From: Prasinococcaceae sp. CCMP 1430
Taxonomy: Eukaryota; Plantae; Prasinodermophyta
DNA: 64,000 nt
NCBI GenBank assembly: GCA_013416795.1
Contig: RQSC01000002.1
Span: 121,442 to 185,441, forward strand
Reading direction: 5' to 3'
Shown here: positions 33,944 to 45,572 of the stretch, piece by piece
Position numbering within the stretch: position 1 is the stretch's first letter
Layout of the letters: each line of letters begins with the position of its first letter
Notes under the pieces: generated by a model
Seen by the model: only the letters and a program-made list of their open reading frames with translations
Database searches by the model: none
What the model was told of the DNA's origin: nothing
Translations under genes and position numbers: made by a program

Positions 33944-35565
33944 CTACGCGGACACTGCCTTCCGCTTGGCGTCCGCGAGCACGGCGCCGCCGAGCTGGTA
34001 GGTGCGCGCGGCCAGCCCCTTGGTCTTGTCGATGATCTTCTCGTACAGCGTGCTGGCCTTGGAGCCCATGATGACGGTGCCCGCCTGCGAGTCGATCTTG
34101 GCATCGAGGCCAGCATGGCGGATGAGGTTGACCACCCAGCGCTCGGCGTCCGCCTGGTCCATGTTGAGCTTCTCCCCCAGCATGGCAATGTCAATGACGT
34201 GGTGAATGCGGCAGTAGGTCTCGAAAATGAGGTGGCGCGCCGACTCCACGAACTCGTCCTTGCACGCCACCAGGAAAAAGTCGTTCGAGAGCACGTTGGC
34301 GCACTCGCGCAGGTGCTGCTGCGCGCCGTCGAAGTCGTACGAGACGTACAGGCACTCGAGGAACTCGCACACCGGGTCGGAGAAGGAGTGCTTCTCCATC
34401 TGGATCACACGAATCAGATCCTTCTGTGCCCCCGACCTGCGCTTGTTGATGACCACCGCGGTTGCGAGGTAGCGCAGCAGGTGCGGCGCGGTGGTCTGAA
34501 TGGCGTTGAGGTAGCGCTCCTGCATGAAGAGGTCCACGATCAGGTTGCGGCCGTTCTCGTGGTTGAAGAAGATGAAGAGCGCCCAGTGCAGCAGCCACGT
34601 GCGCTGCTGCAGCTGCACCAGCGCGCTGGGAAACGTGCGCGTGTCGATCGCCTCCTTGAGACGGTTGAGGTCGTCCAGCGCGACCTGCCAGTTCTGCATG
34701 AGGATCTCGGCACCCAGCTTGCCCCACAGCGCGTTGAACGCGCGCTCGGGGCTCTGCGTGAGCGTGCGGTAGTGGTACAGGAACTCGGCCGCCGCGGAGT
34801 AGTTGCCACAGTCGAACTGCAGCTTCGCAAAAGAATAGAGCGACTCGACCTGCTCCGTGCCCAAGCCGGCCTGCGCGAGGACCGCCAGGTTGTACTCGCG
34901 GTCCTGCTGCAGGTTGGCGAGCTTGGCCGGGTCCGACAGGAACTCAACCATGGGCGCGGCCTGCTCGATCAGCGTCTGCATCTTGACGAGCACCGACTCG
35001 CGCAGCTCCATCATCTCCTTCGGTGGCTCCTCCTTGCCCTCGAGCTCCTGCACAGCGAGCGCCGACGCGATCGCACGCAGGCCATACGAGCGGAGCGACG
35101 GTCAGAAAGGCCCTTGCTGGCGGCGACGGCGCGCGTGTTCTCTCTCCCGCGTTTCGGCGCGAGAGGGGGCTGGAATGGGCAGGTGGGCGGGGTGGGGGAT
35201 GGGCAGTCTAACCCCATCCACCCACCCACATGCGCACGCACGCACGCACAGCGCCCGTCCGCGCGCGGGTCCGCGAGCGCGCGCCTGCGCCTGCGTCTGC
35301 GTGCAGCGCCGCACTGCGCGCTGCGTGGCGACGCGCCGGTAGGGCTCACCTTGTAGATGTCGATGGCGAAGTCGATCATGTTGGTCTTCTCGAGCAGCGC
35401 GAGCTTGGCGCGCAGGACGGACTTCTGCTCGTAGCATCCCTGCGTTTGCAGGAACTCGAGCAGCGGCAGCACGAGGTGTTTGTCCAGGTGCTTGGCGATC
35501 GTGTGCGTGAGGTCGTGCGCGGCGACCGTCGCCGCCGCATCCGCCGGCGCCACTGCGGCGGCCAT
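33944..35565 (-). CDS. EIF3E: Eukaryotic translation initiation factor 3 subunit E
   Basis: Exon 1 35565-35350 (HDLT..IAKHLDKHLVLPLLEFL...TNMIDFA), intron 35349-35048, exon 2 with ALWGKLGAEIL, QQRTWLLHWALF and a PCI domain. Confidence 0.97.
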
Positions 35566-35951
35566 ATTGGCGCGCTCCCTCGCGCTCGCTCGCGCGGCGC
35601 TCCGGCGCGCAATGCTTCGCTGGATCGCTGCCTTGCATTCTGCACTCCCTGGAGCGCTGCGAGAGCTTGGGCTTGAAGGTGCAGTCGGCCACCTCGGCGG
35701 CTGCGAGGCGCCAAAAAGCCAAAAAAAAAAAAAGGTCCCTCCGAAAAGCAGCCGGAAAAGAGCCCTGTGACATCCGACCAGCAGGGACACACGCCCGTCG
35801 CAAAAACAAAACAAAAACAAAAAAAAAAACGCCGCGCGGCCGCGCAGGCCGTTCGGCATGCAGCCGCCGCCGCCGCGCGCGCGCGCGCGCGCGCGCGAAC
35901 CCTAGATTCGCATGCACGTCAATCGCCACGCCCAGATCGCAGCCGCAGCGC

Positions 35952-36040
35952 ATGGGTGGATCGATGGATCGATCGATCGATCGATCGACGGGGCGGCAAT
36001 CCGCGCGTACGCTCCCACCCATCGATCGATCGATGGATGC
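35952..36040. repeat. Two (GATC)n tracts in inverted arrangement (potential hairpin/cruciform)
   Basis: GGGTGGATCGATGGATCGATCGATCGATCGATCG ... CCCACCCATCGATCGATCGATGGAT. Confidence 0.75.
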
Positions 36041-36782
36041 ACGCGCGCGTGCGCTCTGCGTCTGCACGAAGCCGGGCAGCGCCCGCGTTGGTTGTTTCAG
36101 TCGGTTGGTGCTCGCTCGTCTACATGGCGAGAGAGTACCACTCGTCGAATCGCCACATGTGCCCAGCTTTTCATTAGGTCAGGACTTGGCGCGCCAACCA
36201 AAACACACGCTGTCCGTCGTTCGTTGGATTGATTGTTTGATCGATGTTGATGACGGACGGGCTCTCACCCCGCGCTTGTGCCAGCCAGCGTTGTGCGAAT
36301 TCGCCGCCGGGCGGGCGGGGCGGCGACGCGAATGAGGAATTTCATCCCAGGGCGGGGGGAGGGATTCGGGCGTCGGGGCGGGCGTAGCGCGCCGCGGGGC
36401 CGCGTCGCGCGGCGGACGATGGATGGGGGCGAACGATCCAGATTCCGGGCGCCGCGGGCCGCCATGCGAACGACTGCCGTCCGGGAACACGCGCTCTCCC
36501 ATCATCGCGCCCATCAGTCAGTCGGCCCAGTCGGCCGGGTCGCCCGCGGAGGGGTGGGCGCAGCTGTTCGCGCGAGGGCGGTGCGGCGCTGATGGGCCGG
36601 GGAGCTGGGGAGCAGAGGGGCGCGAGGAGGGGATCGCCACACCGCGCGAGGCGGCGCGCGCGAGGCGCGAAGGGCGAGGAAGCGCCCAGCCCCACCGGCC
36701 CTTCCCAAACCGCCCGCGGCAGCGCACGCGCCGCTTCGCCGCCGCTCGCGCGCGCGTGCGCGCGGCCGATGCGCCCTCGCAG

Positions 36783-37830
36783 CACCTGATGACGCGCGTC
36801 GCGCGCGGCGAGGCGACAGAGCGCACGCCGACGTGGCTCTTCCGCCAGGCGGGGCGGCACCTGCCCGAGTACAGGCAGTACAAGGAAGACACGGGGAAGA
36901 TGTTCCTCGACCTGCTCAAGGTGCGCGTCGCGCGAACGCGGCACGCAGGCGCACGACGCTCGCGCATCGGGCGCGTCGCGCCGCGCAGCGGTTGTGCGCC
37001 GCAGCCTGCCGCCTGGTGCAGGCGGCGAGGTCTCTGGGGACCTGAGAGGCTCGGGGACAGCGCTCGATGGTCGCTGACCCTCGCGCGTGGGCGCGCCCGC
37101 GCATACGCGCCCAACAGGACCCGCGCGACGTGACTGAGGTGACCATGCAGCCCGTCCGCCGCTACGACATCGACGCGGCCATCCTGTTTTCGGACATCCT
37201 CGTGGTCGCGGAGGCCCTCGGCACGCGCGTCGAGATGCCCGGCGGCGTGGGCATCCAGGTGCCCGAGCCGCTGCTCTCGCCAGCCGACATGTCTAAGATT
37301 GCCATGGACGGCGTGGACGTGCGGGACAAGCTGGGCTATGTGGTCGAGTCCGTCGAGAGCATCGTGGGCGCCATCGCCGCCGAGGGGCGCGGCGTGCCGC
37401 TCATCGGCTTCAGCGCGGCGCCCTGGACGCTCTTCTACTACATGGTGGGCGGATACGGCGCGCGCAACACGGACGCGGGGATGCGCTGGCTGCGCGAGTA
37501 CCCGGCGGACGCGAAGATGCTCATGGAGGTGCTCACCGTCACCGTCATTGAGTACCTCGACGAGCAGGCCAAGGCCGGCGCCGAGATGCTGCAGGTGTTC
37601 GAGGCGATGGGCAAGCACATCACGCCCGAGGCCTTTGACGACTTCGCGCTCCCCTACCTGCAGCGCATCGCCGCGGAGATGAAGGAGCGCCACCCGGACG
37701 TGCCGCTGCTCGTGTTCACACGCGACGCCATGTACGCCAACACGCGCATGCAGGAGGCCGGCTACGACGTCGTCACGCTGGACCTCTTTGCGGGGCGCGA
37801 GGAGACCCGCGCGGCGCTCGCCGCCGAGGC
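36783..37830 (+). CDS. hemE: Uroporphyrinogen decarboxylase, C-terminally truncated and running in frame into SRP72
   Basis: [15 protein letters not shown], intron 36921-37117, [30 protein letters not shown]. The expected QGNxDP and NLGHG C-terminal motifs are absent. Confidence 0.88.
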
Positions 37831-39778
37831 GCTTGCGGGCGGTGGCGAAGATGGCGGCGCGCTCGCCGAGGCGGCGGCGGCGGTGAGGGTGACGTCGCTG
37901 ATCCTGCAGGAGAAGTACGACGCCGCGCTCGCGTGCGACCCGCCGCCGAACGCGTTCCAGCGCGCGTACTGCCTCTACCGAAAGGGCGAGCAGGAGGCCG
38001 CGCTTGCCGTGCTCGAGGACGCCGGCACTGAAGACGCGGACGTGTGCCGGCTGCGTGCTCAGACGCTCTACCGGCTCGGGCGCGCGTCCGAGGCGCTCGC
38101 CGAGCTGCAGCCGCAGGTCACCACCGCACGCGGCGCACCGGACGCCGCCGAGATCGTCACGAACGCGCTGGCGTGCGCCGCCGCCGCCGCCGCCGCTGCG
38201 GATGGCTCGAAGGCTGCCGACACGGGGAGTGAGGGCGCAATCGAGGCGATGCTCGATGCGACCGGAGTGGAACCGCGCGACAGCTTCGAGGTGGCGTACA
38301 ACGTGGCGTGCGCCGCCCTCGCCTGCGGCGACGTCGCGCGCGCCGAAGAAATGCTCAACCTCGCGCTCAAGGTGGGGCGCGCCGCGCTGGAACTCGACGA
38401 CGCCGGCGAAGATGAGATCTCTGAGGAGTTGGCGCCGGCCGAAGTCCAGCTGGCGTACATCGCACAGCTCGGGGGGGGCGCGGAGGAAGCAGCCAAGGCG
38501 TACACAAGCGTCCTTGACGGCGGCGCTGACGCCGTGACTACTGCGGTCGCGGCCAACAACTTGGCTGCCGCGCGCGGCAAGCACGAGGTCTTCGACAGCC
38601 TCAAGCGTTTCGCAGGGCTGTTCGGCCCGAAGAAAAGCGCGTCCGAGGCGAACGCGATCGTGGCCTCGCTGGACACCCGGCTGGGCCCGGCCCAGCGACG
38701 CGCGCTCATGCGCACGCGCGCGCTGCTGCTGCTGCACGCGGGCAAGAGCGAGCTCGCGGGGCGCGCCGCGGACGCGTACGGCAGCGCGTTTCCCGACGAT
38801 GCTGCCGCAGCCATCCTGGCGGCGTCGCGGCCAGGTGTTTCCCCGGGCGTCGCCGATGATATGCTCAGCAGCTACGCCGGTGGCCAGCGTGGGCCCGCCG
38901 CCGCTGCTGCCGCCCACTGCGCGCGCGCCGAGCTTGCCGCGCGCGCCGGGCTGCTGGAGGAAGCAGCCGCGGCGCTCGAGGCGGTCGCGGAACTGATCAA
39001 GTTGACCCCGCCTGTTGTGGCAACCCTCCTCGACGTGTACGGCAGGCTGGACGATGCAGAGCGCTCCGCGGCGACGCTGGAGCGCGCGCTCTCCCCGGGC
39101 GGTGGCGGCGGGGACATGGCCCTCCCCGCCGAGCTGCTGCGCGGCGCTGCCGAGCGGCGACAGGTGGAGGGGAGGCATGCGGAGGCGGCGGAGCTTTGGC
39201 AACGCTGCGAGGCGCGCGCGGCGCGCGGCGACGAGGGTGATGACACGCTCGCGCGGCTCGCGCGGGCGGGCGCGGTGGAGTGCCTCGCGAGCTCTGGGCA
39301 GGTGGGCGCCGCCGAGGAGCTCGCTTCCGGCCTCGCGCCCGTGCCAGGCGCCGAAAAGCTCAACCCCGAGGCGCTGCTCTCAGCGCCAGTGCGTGAGAGG
39401 GCAGATGCGGGCAAGGTCGGGTCGACGGCCCTTGAGGGGGGCGAGAGCGCCGGGTGTAGCGGCGAGGCGGAGCAGCCCCGCAAGCGCAGGGTCATGTCAG
39501 AGCGGCGGAAGGAGCGCAAGCGCCTGCGCCGCCTGCCCAAAGGCTTCGATCCGGCCAACCCGGGGCCGCCGCCCGATCCGGAGCGCTGGCTCCCGAAGCG
39601 CGAGCGCTCAACATTCCGCCGCAAGCGCAACAAGAAGGTCACGGGAGGGCAGGGAGCAGTCAATGTGGAATCCATGGGCAAGCTCGACGCCGCCACGCAG
39701 GAGGCCGCCAAGACACAACAGGCGCCCTCGCGCGGCAGCGGAAAGAAAGGCCGCAAGCAAAAGGGGGGCAGGCGGTGA
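37831..39778 (+). CDS. SRP72: Signal recognition particle subunit SRP72 (TPR), lacking its own start
   Basis: [48 protein letters not shown], and the C-terminal RNA-binding LPKGFDP...[13 protein letters not shown]. Confidence 0.92.
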
Positions 39779-40447
39779 AGTCCGAGCGGGTGTCAGACGA
39801 GGTGGCGTACGCCGCGTGCGGTGTGTGCGCTTGTTGCGTCGGACGCGTCGACTGCGCCGCTCGGTGCTGGTGTAGCACGTTTCGAGGGCCCATGGCGCGC
39901 ACACAAAGTACAGTAAGAGTCCACTCGCCCGCCCACGCCTCAGAGAAGACGCGGCCGCTCATTTGGCACTTGCGCTGGCGGCAGCGCGCCCGCGGACGCG
40001 AGGTCCCCCAGCGCGTCTGCGTGCATGCGCGCGGCGCGATCCATGGCGCGCCGGAGGTGACACTCGGTAGCAACTACGCCGCGGAAACGGCATCGAGGTC
40101 TGTTTGGTGAGATTTGATGAAAAAATCGGAGGGGATGTTGCGCCACCCCGCAGCCAGACCTGGCGCATCGCGCGCCCCTCTCCACCCCCACAAAACACGC
40201 GCACCACACACGCTGACGCGTGCCACCGCGCTGGGGCGTGCTGCGCGCTGCGCGATCCTGCGCGCCTCGAGCAGGTCGCGCGCGCGCTGGGCTGCGCGCC
40301 TTGCGGACCGTGCAGCGCGACTACGGCGGGCACAGAAGTGCCGGCGCTGAGGTGCGCAGCGTATCTGTGCGAGCTGCCAGAATGGTGCAGATCGGCCGAT
40401 CGAGTGGCATGCGCGCGCGTGTGGCGCGCACGATGCCTCACGCGCGC

Positions 40448-41580
40448 ATGGTGAGCGCGTCTCCGCCGCAGGCGCGAGCAAGGCGGCGATGTGGGTGCGC
40501 TGTGGACGCGAGCGCCAGGGGCGCGCGGCGGGGCGCGCGGCTCGGCGGGGCACGGAAGCGCAGCCTGCTCAATCATGCAGTTGGGGAGGGGCCCGCTGGG
40601 ACATCGGACGCTCCCGACGCTGCCGCGCTGCAGAGGGAGATCGTTGCGTTGCGGGAGGAGCTCTCCGCACTGCGTGGCCGCGGGGACGGGGAGGCTCGTG
40701 GGTTGGGCGACGGCGACAGCGGGGGCGATGTGAGCGTTCCGGCGAGCACGACGATAATGACCGAGGCGTTCGTCCGCGGACGCTGGCTGTGCGCACTTTT
40801 GATTTTGCAGAGCTCCTCGGGGGCCGTCCTGCAGGGCTTCGAGAGTCTTATTGAGGACCACATCGTCATCACATTCGTAAGTGGGACGGGGGCGGACTGG
40901 GGATATAGTCGAGTGCGGTGTGAAGAATGGCGCGTGAAGAGGTGTTGAGAGGCGCCGACTTGTGCGTGTGCCCGCGCGCCCCATGGCATGCTTGTGGAGC
41001 GCTGACAGGAGCGACCAATAGTTTTTGACGATGCTCGTCGGTGCAGGCGGCAACTGCGGCAACCAGAGCGCGATAAGGTGAGTGGAGAGTGCAGCTGCGC
41101 ATGCACCCGGGGGTGGGCGCGGGCGTGGAGAGGCGATCCCACGCGATGCCGCGCGGTGCGATGTGATTTCACGTGAGCGGCGCGCCCGAGCGCTGCGCTT
41201 GGTCCTTCGCTGACGCGCACACACGTCGCAGCGTAATCCGCTCGCTCGCCGTCGGCGACCTCGACCTCAGCGGCGATGCGTTTCGGCGCACGATGTCGCG
41301 GCAGGCGCGCGTTGGCGTGCTGCTCGCGCTCGCCACGACGAGCGTGGGCGTCGCGAGGGTGCTCGTGACTGACGGCGAGCTGCAAAACGTGCTGGGCATC
41401 TCGGCGTCGCTGTTCGCCATCGTCTTCACCAGCACGCTGCTCGGGGCTGCGCTGCCATTTGGCTTGGGCAGGTTTGGAGTGGACCCCGCCAACGCTGGCA
41501 CCACCATTCAGGTCGTGATGGACGTGCTCGGCGTCGCAACCACGTGCGCGGTGTGCTCCCTCGTGTACAGCTACACGTAG
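40448..41580 (+). CDS. MgtE/SLC41-type divalent cation transporter (membrane domain)
   Basis: Exons ..40876, 41022-41077 and 41232-41580 splice to RGRWLCALLILQS...FLTMLVGAGGNCGNQSAISVIRSLA...DPANAGTTIQVVMDVLG. Start codon uncertain. Confidence 0.85.
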
Positions 41581-42098
41581 AGGGTGGCGGGATGTACTGT
41601 ACTGTACATATTGTAGTAATACACAGCCACACGGCGCTCGCGCTCGTGTCTATGCCAAGCACGCGTGCGCCCGACGCCACGCGCCTATGCTCGGTAGATA
41701 CGATGCCTCGGCGCACCACGGCTACGCCGTCTGTCGAGGGAAGAGGGTCCACTGTCTCCCCGATTCTCTGCCTATTTCAAAACCCTTTTGTGTGAACCCG
41801 AACGTTGGCGCACAGCTCGGGAGATCCACCGCTCGAGGTCGTAGCGGGGTGTGGTGCAGGTGGGGGGGCTGTGGAGGGGTCGCGCCACACCTGTGAGGTG
41901 GCGGCAGCGGGCGGGACGCCGGCTGGGGCGAACGACCGAGGCCGGAGGCGGCAGGCACGTGGTGCGCATCGCGCGGTGGCGGTGGGCTTGTGGACGGCGG
42001 GAGCCGCGCGCGGCGATCGATGGCCGCGCGCGCGTCGGCCGTCGCCGGGAGGCATGGGGCCCGGCGAGTGAGGCCCCGCGAGGCGCGCGCCGCGCGCC

Positions 42099-42833
42099 GT
42101 GCTGCCGCAGTGGCCGTTCGGCCCGCCACCTGGCGCGCCGCCCGACCTCTCAGGCGCTGTGGTTGCGCGCGCGGCCGAGGCCATTCTGCGGGCAGGGCTC
42201 GTCGAGTGCGGCAGTGTAGACGTCGAGTGCGACGCCTCCGCGCTCGGCCTGCTCGCGGGCAGCGTCGACTCGGTGCAGCTCTCCGGTACGCGCTGGCGAT
42301 CACCGAAGGGGCTCACAGCGCGGCGCTTAGCGGTGCGCGTCGGTGCTGGGCAGCTCGACACATCCGCGCTACTGAGCCGAGGCGCAATCGAGCTGGCGGA
42401 GCCGAAGCCCCGCGGCAGTGCGACCATCGCCTTCGACGTGGCCGACTTCGGGAACTTGCTGAGGCACCCGCTCATGCTGGCGGCGAGCGCCGGCGTGGCA
42501 GATCTGACGGGCGATGGTGTGAGGCTCGCGCGCACTGCCGGGCAGGGGGACGCGATCGAATTCCAAGCGCGGCCCATCGGCAGCAGCGGCACGTACGCGC
42601 CGTACGCGCTGCGCGCCGCCTCCGATGCCGACGGCGGAGTGAGGGTGACTGCACTGGCAGGTGCGGACGGCGCCCTGGCGCAGGGGCTGCAGTCAATGTT
42701 TGCATCCCTCACCCTCGACCTGCAAGGCTCGCAGTTCACTTTCAAGCAACTGGCGGTGGATGCCACGGGCGAGGTCACGCTCGAGCTGCGCGTGCTTGTG
42801 GAGACCTTCCCGTCGCCGGTGCCGCAATTCTGA
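42099..42833 (+). CDS. DUF2993/LmeA-like (TULIP-like) protein, probably plastid-targeted; start uncertain
   Basis: VDVECDASALGLLAGSVDSVQLSGTRW.SP.GL, and the pattern ATIAFD..DFGNLL.HP. Confidence 0.55.
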   Translation: MLPQWPFGPPPGAPPDLSGAVVARAAEAILRAGLVECGSVDVECDASALGLLAGSVDSVQLSGTRWRSPKGLTARRLAVRVGAGQLDTSALLSRGAIELAEPKPRGSATIAFDVADFGNLLRHPLMLAASAGVADLTGDGVRLARTAGQGDAIEFQARPIGSSGTYAPYALRAASDADGGVRVTALAGADGALAQGLQSMFASLTLDLQGSQFTFKQLAVDATGEVTLELRVLVETFPSPVPQF

Positions 42834-43143
42834 GGCGCGCCCCGGGTGGGTGCGCCGACCGCGCGTGCGCGCGCGCACCCAGCTGTGACTGTATTCTCCC
42901 ATTTGTACATGTACCCGGTGGTGACCGCCCATTGGCTTTACCACGACGCCCGCACCCCACTATCCGTCTGATCTCGGGTGCGAGCGCCGGCCAGAGCCGT
43001 GAGCTCTCGCACTCGCGCCGATGGAGGTGGCGGCCGCGCGCTGCGCCTGCGAAGGAGTATAGAAGTGGGCGTTTACTAGCGGCAACCTGTGCGCGTGCGT
43101 GTGCGCGGTGGTGTGCGAGCGAGCGCGTGGCGGTGCGCTCAGT

Positions 43144-44040
43144 TTACGCGGACTTGGACTTGGACATCCTCTTGGGCACCACCCACCGCTGGACGTAGAA
43201 GTGGCCGAAGAGACCGAGCAGCGAAACCATGTACCAGAAGAGGAACGTATTGATCCAGCGCGGGTACGGGCCGTCCGTCACCAGGTTGTACGTCGCTTGG
43301 AAGAGGTTGAGCGAGAACTGCAGCATCTGCATCTGCGTGAGGTACTTGCCCCACCAGAGGTACTTCTTGCGCGAGTCCTTGCCGACGAGCGACGAGCACA
43401 GGTAGTAGAAGTACATGACCACGTGCACCCACGAGTTCATGGCCGCGCTGAAGTAGGCGTCGCCGCCCGGCGCGTGGTAGGTGATCGCCCACCAGATGGC
43501 AGCGATCGAGCCGTGGTGGTACACGTGCAGCACGCTCACCTGGCGGTACGAGCCCTTGGCGATCATGATGAACGTGTCGAAGAACTCGTACATCTTCGAC
43601 ACGTAGAACAGCCAGAGGACGTTGGCCATGCCCACCTCGGTCGGCGAGTACGGATTGCCCCACAGCGAGTAGTTGTTTGCGATGGCCTCCTTGATGCACG
43701 TCAGGCACATGTAGAGCGAGAGCGCGCTCAGGAAGGCGTTGTGAAAGATCATGAAGGCGCGGAAGGGCGCCGACGGCTTGGCCGGCTCGCCAACTGCGGG
43801 CGCGACGGCGTTCTTGAGCACGGCGAGGCCGACGACGGCGAGGTAGGCGCCGATCGCCGTGACGACGGGCGTGGGCGATCGCACGAGCGGGAGGTCCACC
43901 GTGAGCGGCGACGCCGGGTCGAGCGCGCAGCCGAGCTTTCCCTCCATCACGCCAAAGACGCCGTCCCTCACGGCCGCGTCGTACGCGCCGACGGCCGGGT
44001 GCGCGAGCAGCTCGCGCGCCGCCGCCATCGCCGCCACCAT
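43144..44040 (-). CDS. ELO/GNS1/SUR4 fatty-acid elongase, delta-6 PUFA elongase-like
   Basis: KMYEFFDT, QVSVLHVYHH, NSWVHVVMYFYY, TQMQMLQF, and a Lys-rich C-terminus (KRMSKSKSA) resembling an ER retrieval signal. Confidence 0.93.
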   Translation of the reverse strand: MVAAMAAARELLAHPAVGAYDAAVRDGVFGVMEGKLGCALDPASPLTVDLPLVRSPTPVVTAIGAYLAVVGLAVLKNAVAPAVGEPAKPSAPFRAFMIFHNAFLSALSLYMCLTCIKEAIANNYSLWGNPYSPTEVGMANVLWLFYVSKMYEFFDTFIMIAKGSYRQVSVLHVYHHGSIAAIWWAITYHAPGGDAYFSAAMNSWVHVVMYFYYLCSSLVGKDSRKKYLWWGKYLTQMQMLQFSLNLFQATYNLVTDGPYPRWINTFLFWYMVSLLGLFGHFYVQRWVVPKRMSKSKSA

Positions 44041-44915
44041 CGCGCGTTTCCGCGCGCGGCGAGCGCGTCTCGCGTCGCCGCGCCCGCGCCCGCGCGGAGC
44101 AGAGCCGCGGAGAGAGGGGTGGCTGAGGCGCGCCGGCCGCCGGTGAGGCGGTGCGCTGCGCTGCGCACCGACCGACCCACCGCCCAATGCATCCATCGAT
44201 TGATCCTCTGATCGTCTTTCCCCGACCGACCGGCCAGACCGGCCAGACCGGAGGATCGATCGAGGACGGGAACGGGAACGAACAAAAGGCCACGGACTCG
44301 GAAATTCGCGGAGGAGAATCGATAGGGAACTGCCGCGCGCCTCGTCGGTCGGTGGTCGGCTGGCTGGCAGGCCTGGGGCAGGCTGGTGGCCCTGCCCGCT
44401 TCGGTCGGGCTCCCGGCCGGCGGCGGTGTGGGGCCGCGGCCGCGACGGCCGTGTCTGTCCTCTGCGCGGTCGGTCGGTCGTGCGCGCGCGAGAGAGAGAG
44501 GGAGGGAGCGAGAGCGGGTGCGTGTCCCGGTCCGGCCGAGATGCTCGGCGCCGGCGTCGGCGTGCGGCGCGCCGACGGCCGCACGTTTCGGGTCGGATCG
44601 CCCGCGCGCGGCCGCAAACCCACACACAGTCTGTAGACTAGGACTACAAAACGAAAACTAAAAATAAATAAAAATAAGATAAAAATGCGTCCGCGTTCCC
44701 GTAAAAGCGCGGCAATGCGCGCGCGGCGCCGCCGTCGACGCGCGCGGCGGAAGGCGTTTCGACACGGCGATGCGCGTTTCCGGAAGGCAATTTCGGACGG
44801 GTGCGACGTTGTCGAGCGCCGCGCGCGCGCGAGCGAGCGGCGCGGGCGGCGCGAGGTGGGGTGGGGGGGAGGCGGCGAGCAGGCCACGGACAGGCAAGGA
44901 CGCGGGCGCGTCGCG

Positions 44916-45097
44916 CGCATCGAGGACGTCCGGCAGGCCGCCGCTGTGGCTAAGGGCCGCAAGGTGGCTGACGGCGTGTACGCGATGGTCGTTCCCGGCT
45001 CGGGCCTCGTCAAGGAGCAGGCCGAGGCCGAGGGTCTGGACAAGGTGCTCGTCGAGGCTGGCTTCGACTGGCGCGAGCCCGGCTGCTCAATGTGCCT
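44916..45097 (+). pseudogene. leuC: Isolated fragment of 3-isopropylmalate dehydratase large subunit (bacterial/fungal type); orphan fragment or misassembled piece
   Basis: [60 protein letters not shown] ends at an N (45098). No other LeuC sequence is seen in the window. Confidence 0.75.
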
Positions 45098-45572
45098 NCG
45101 CCGCTCCGCGGGCACGCGCGCGCGCGTGCGTTCGCAACAGAGCTACAGGACAGCGGAGTGGGGTGCACCCTCGCGCGCGAACGTGTCCACGTGCCAGCAC
45201 GAAGCGCACAGCGGCGCGCTGCTCGCGTCGCCCGGCGCGCGCCGCGGGCCGTGTCGCGCGCAGCGCAGAGTGGCGCGGCGCACGCAGGGCTCTGGTCCAC
45301 GGGAGGCAAGGCTTTGCCACCCCTCCTGGGTTTCCCACGCCCGCGCCCGCACGCGCGCAGGTTGGCGCCCCGCCCGGTGCGCTGTGTGGCGCGGGTCGCC
45401 CTCGTCGCGTCCGAAAGGGTGGTAAAATGCACCGCCTGCACATCAGACAGCATTTCAGTCATGTGGCGTCGTGGCAACTGGCTAGCTAACTCTAGAGAGG
45501 TGGCGCGAGAGCTTCGATGTTGGCCATCTTGTCGAGTCGAGAGCTCGCGCCCGCGGCCGGGCGTCCATAGGC

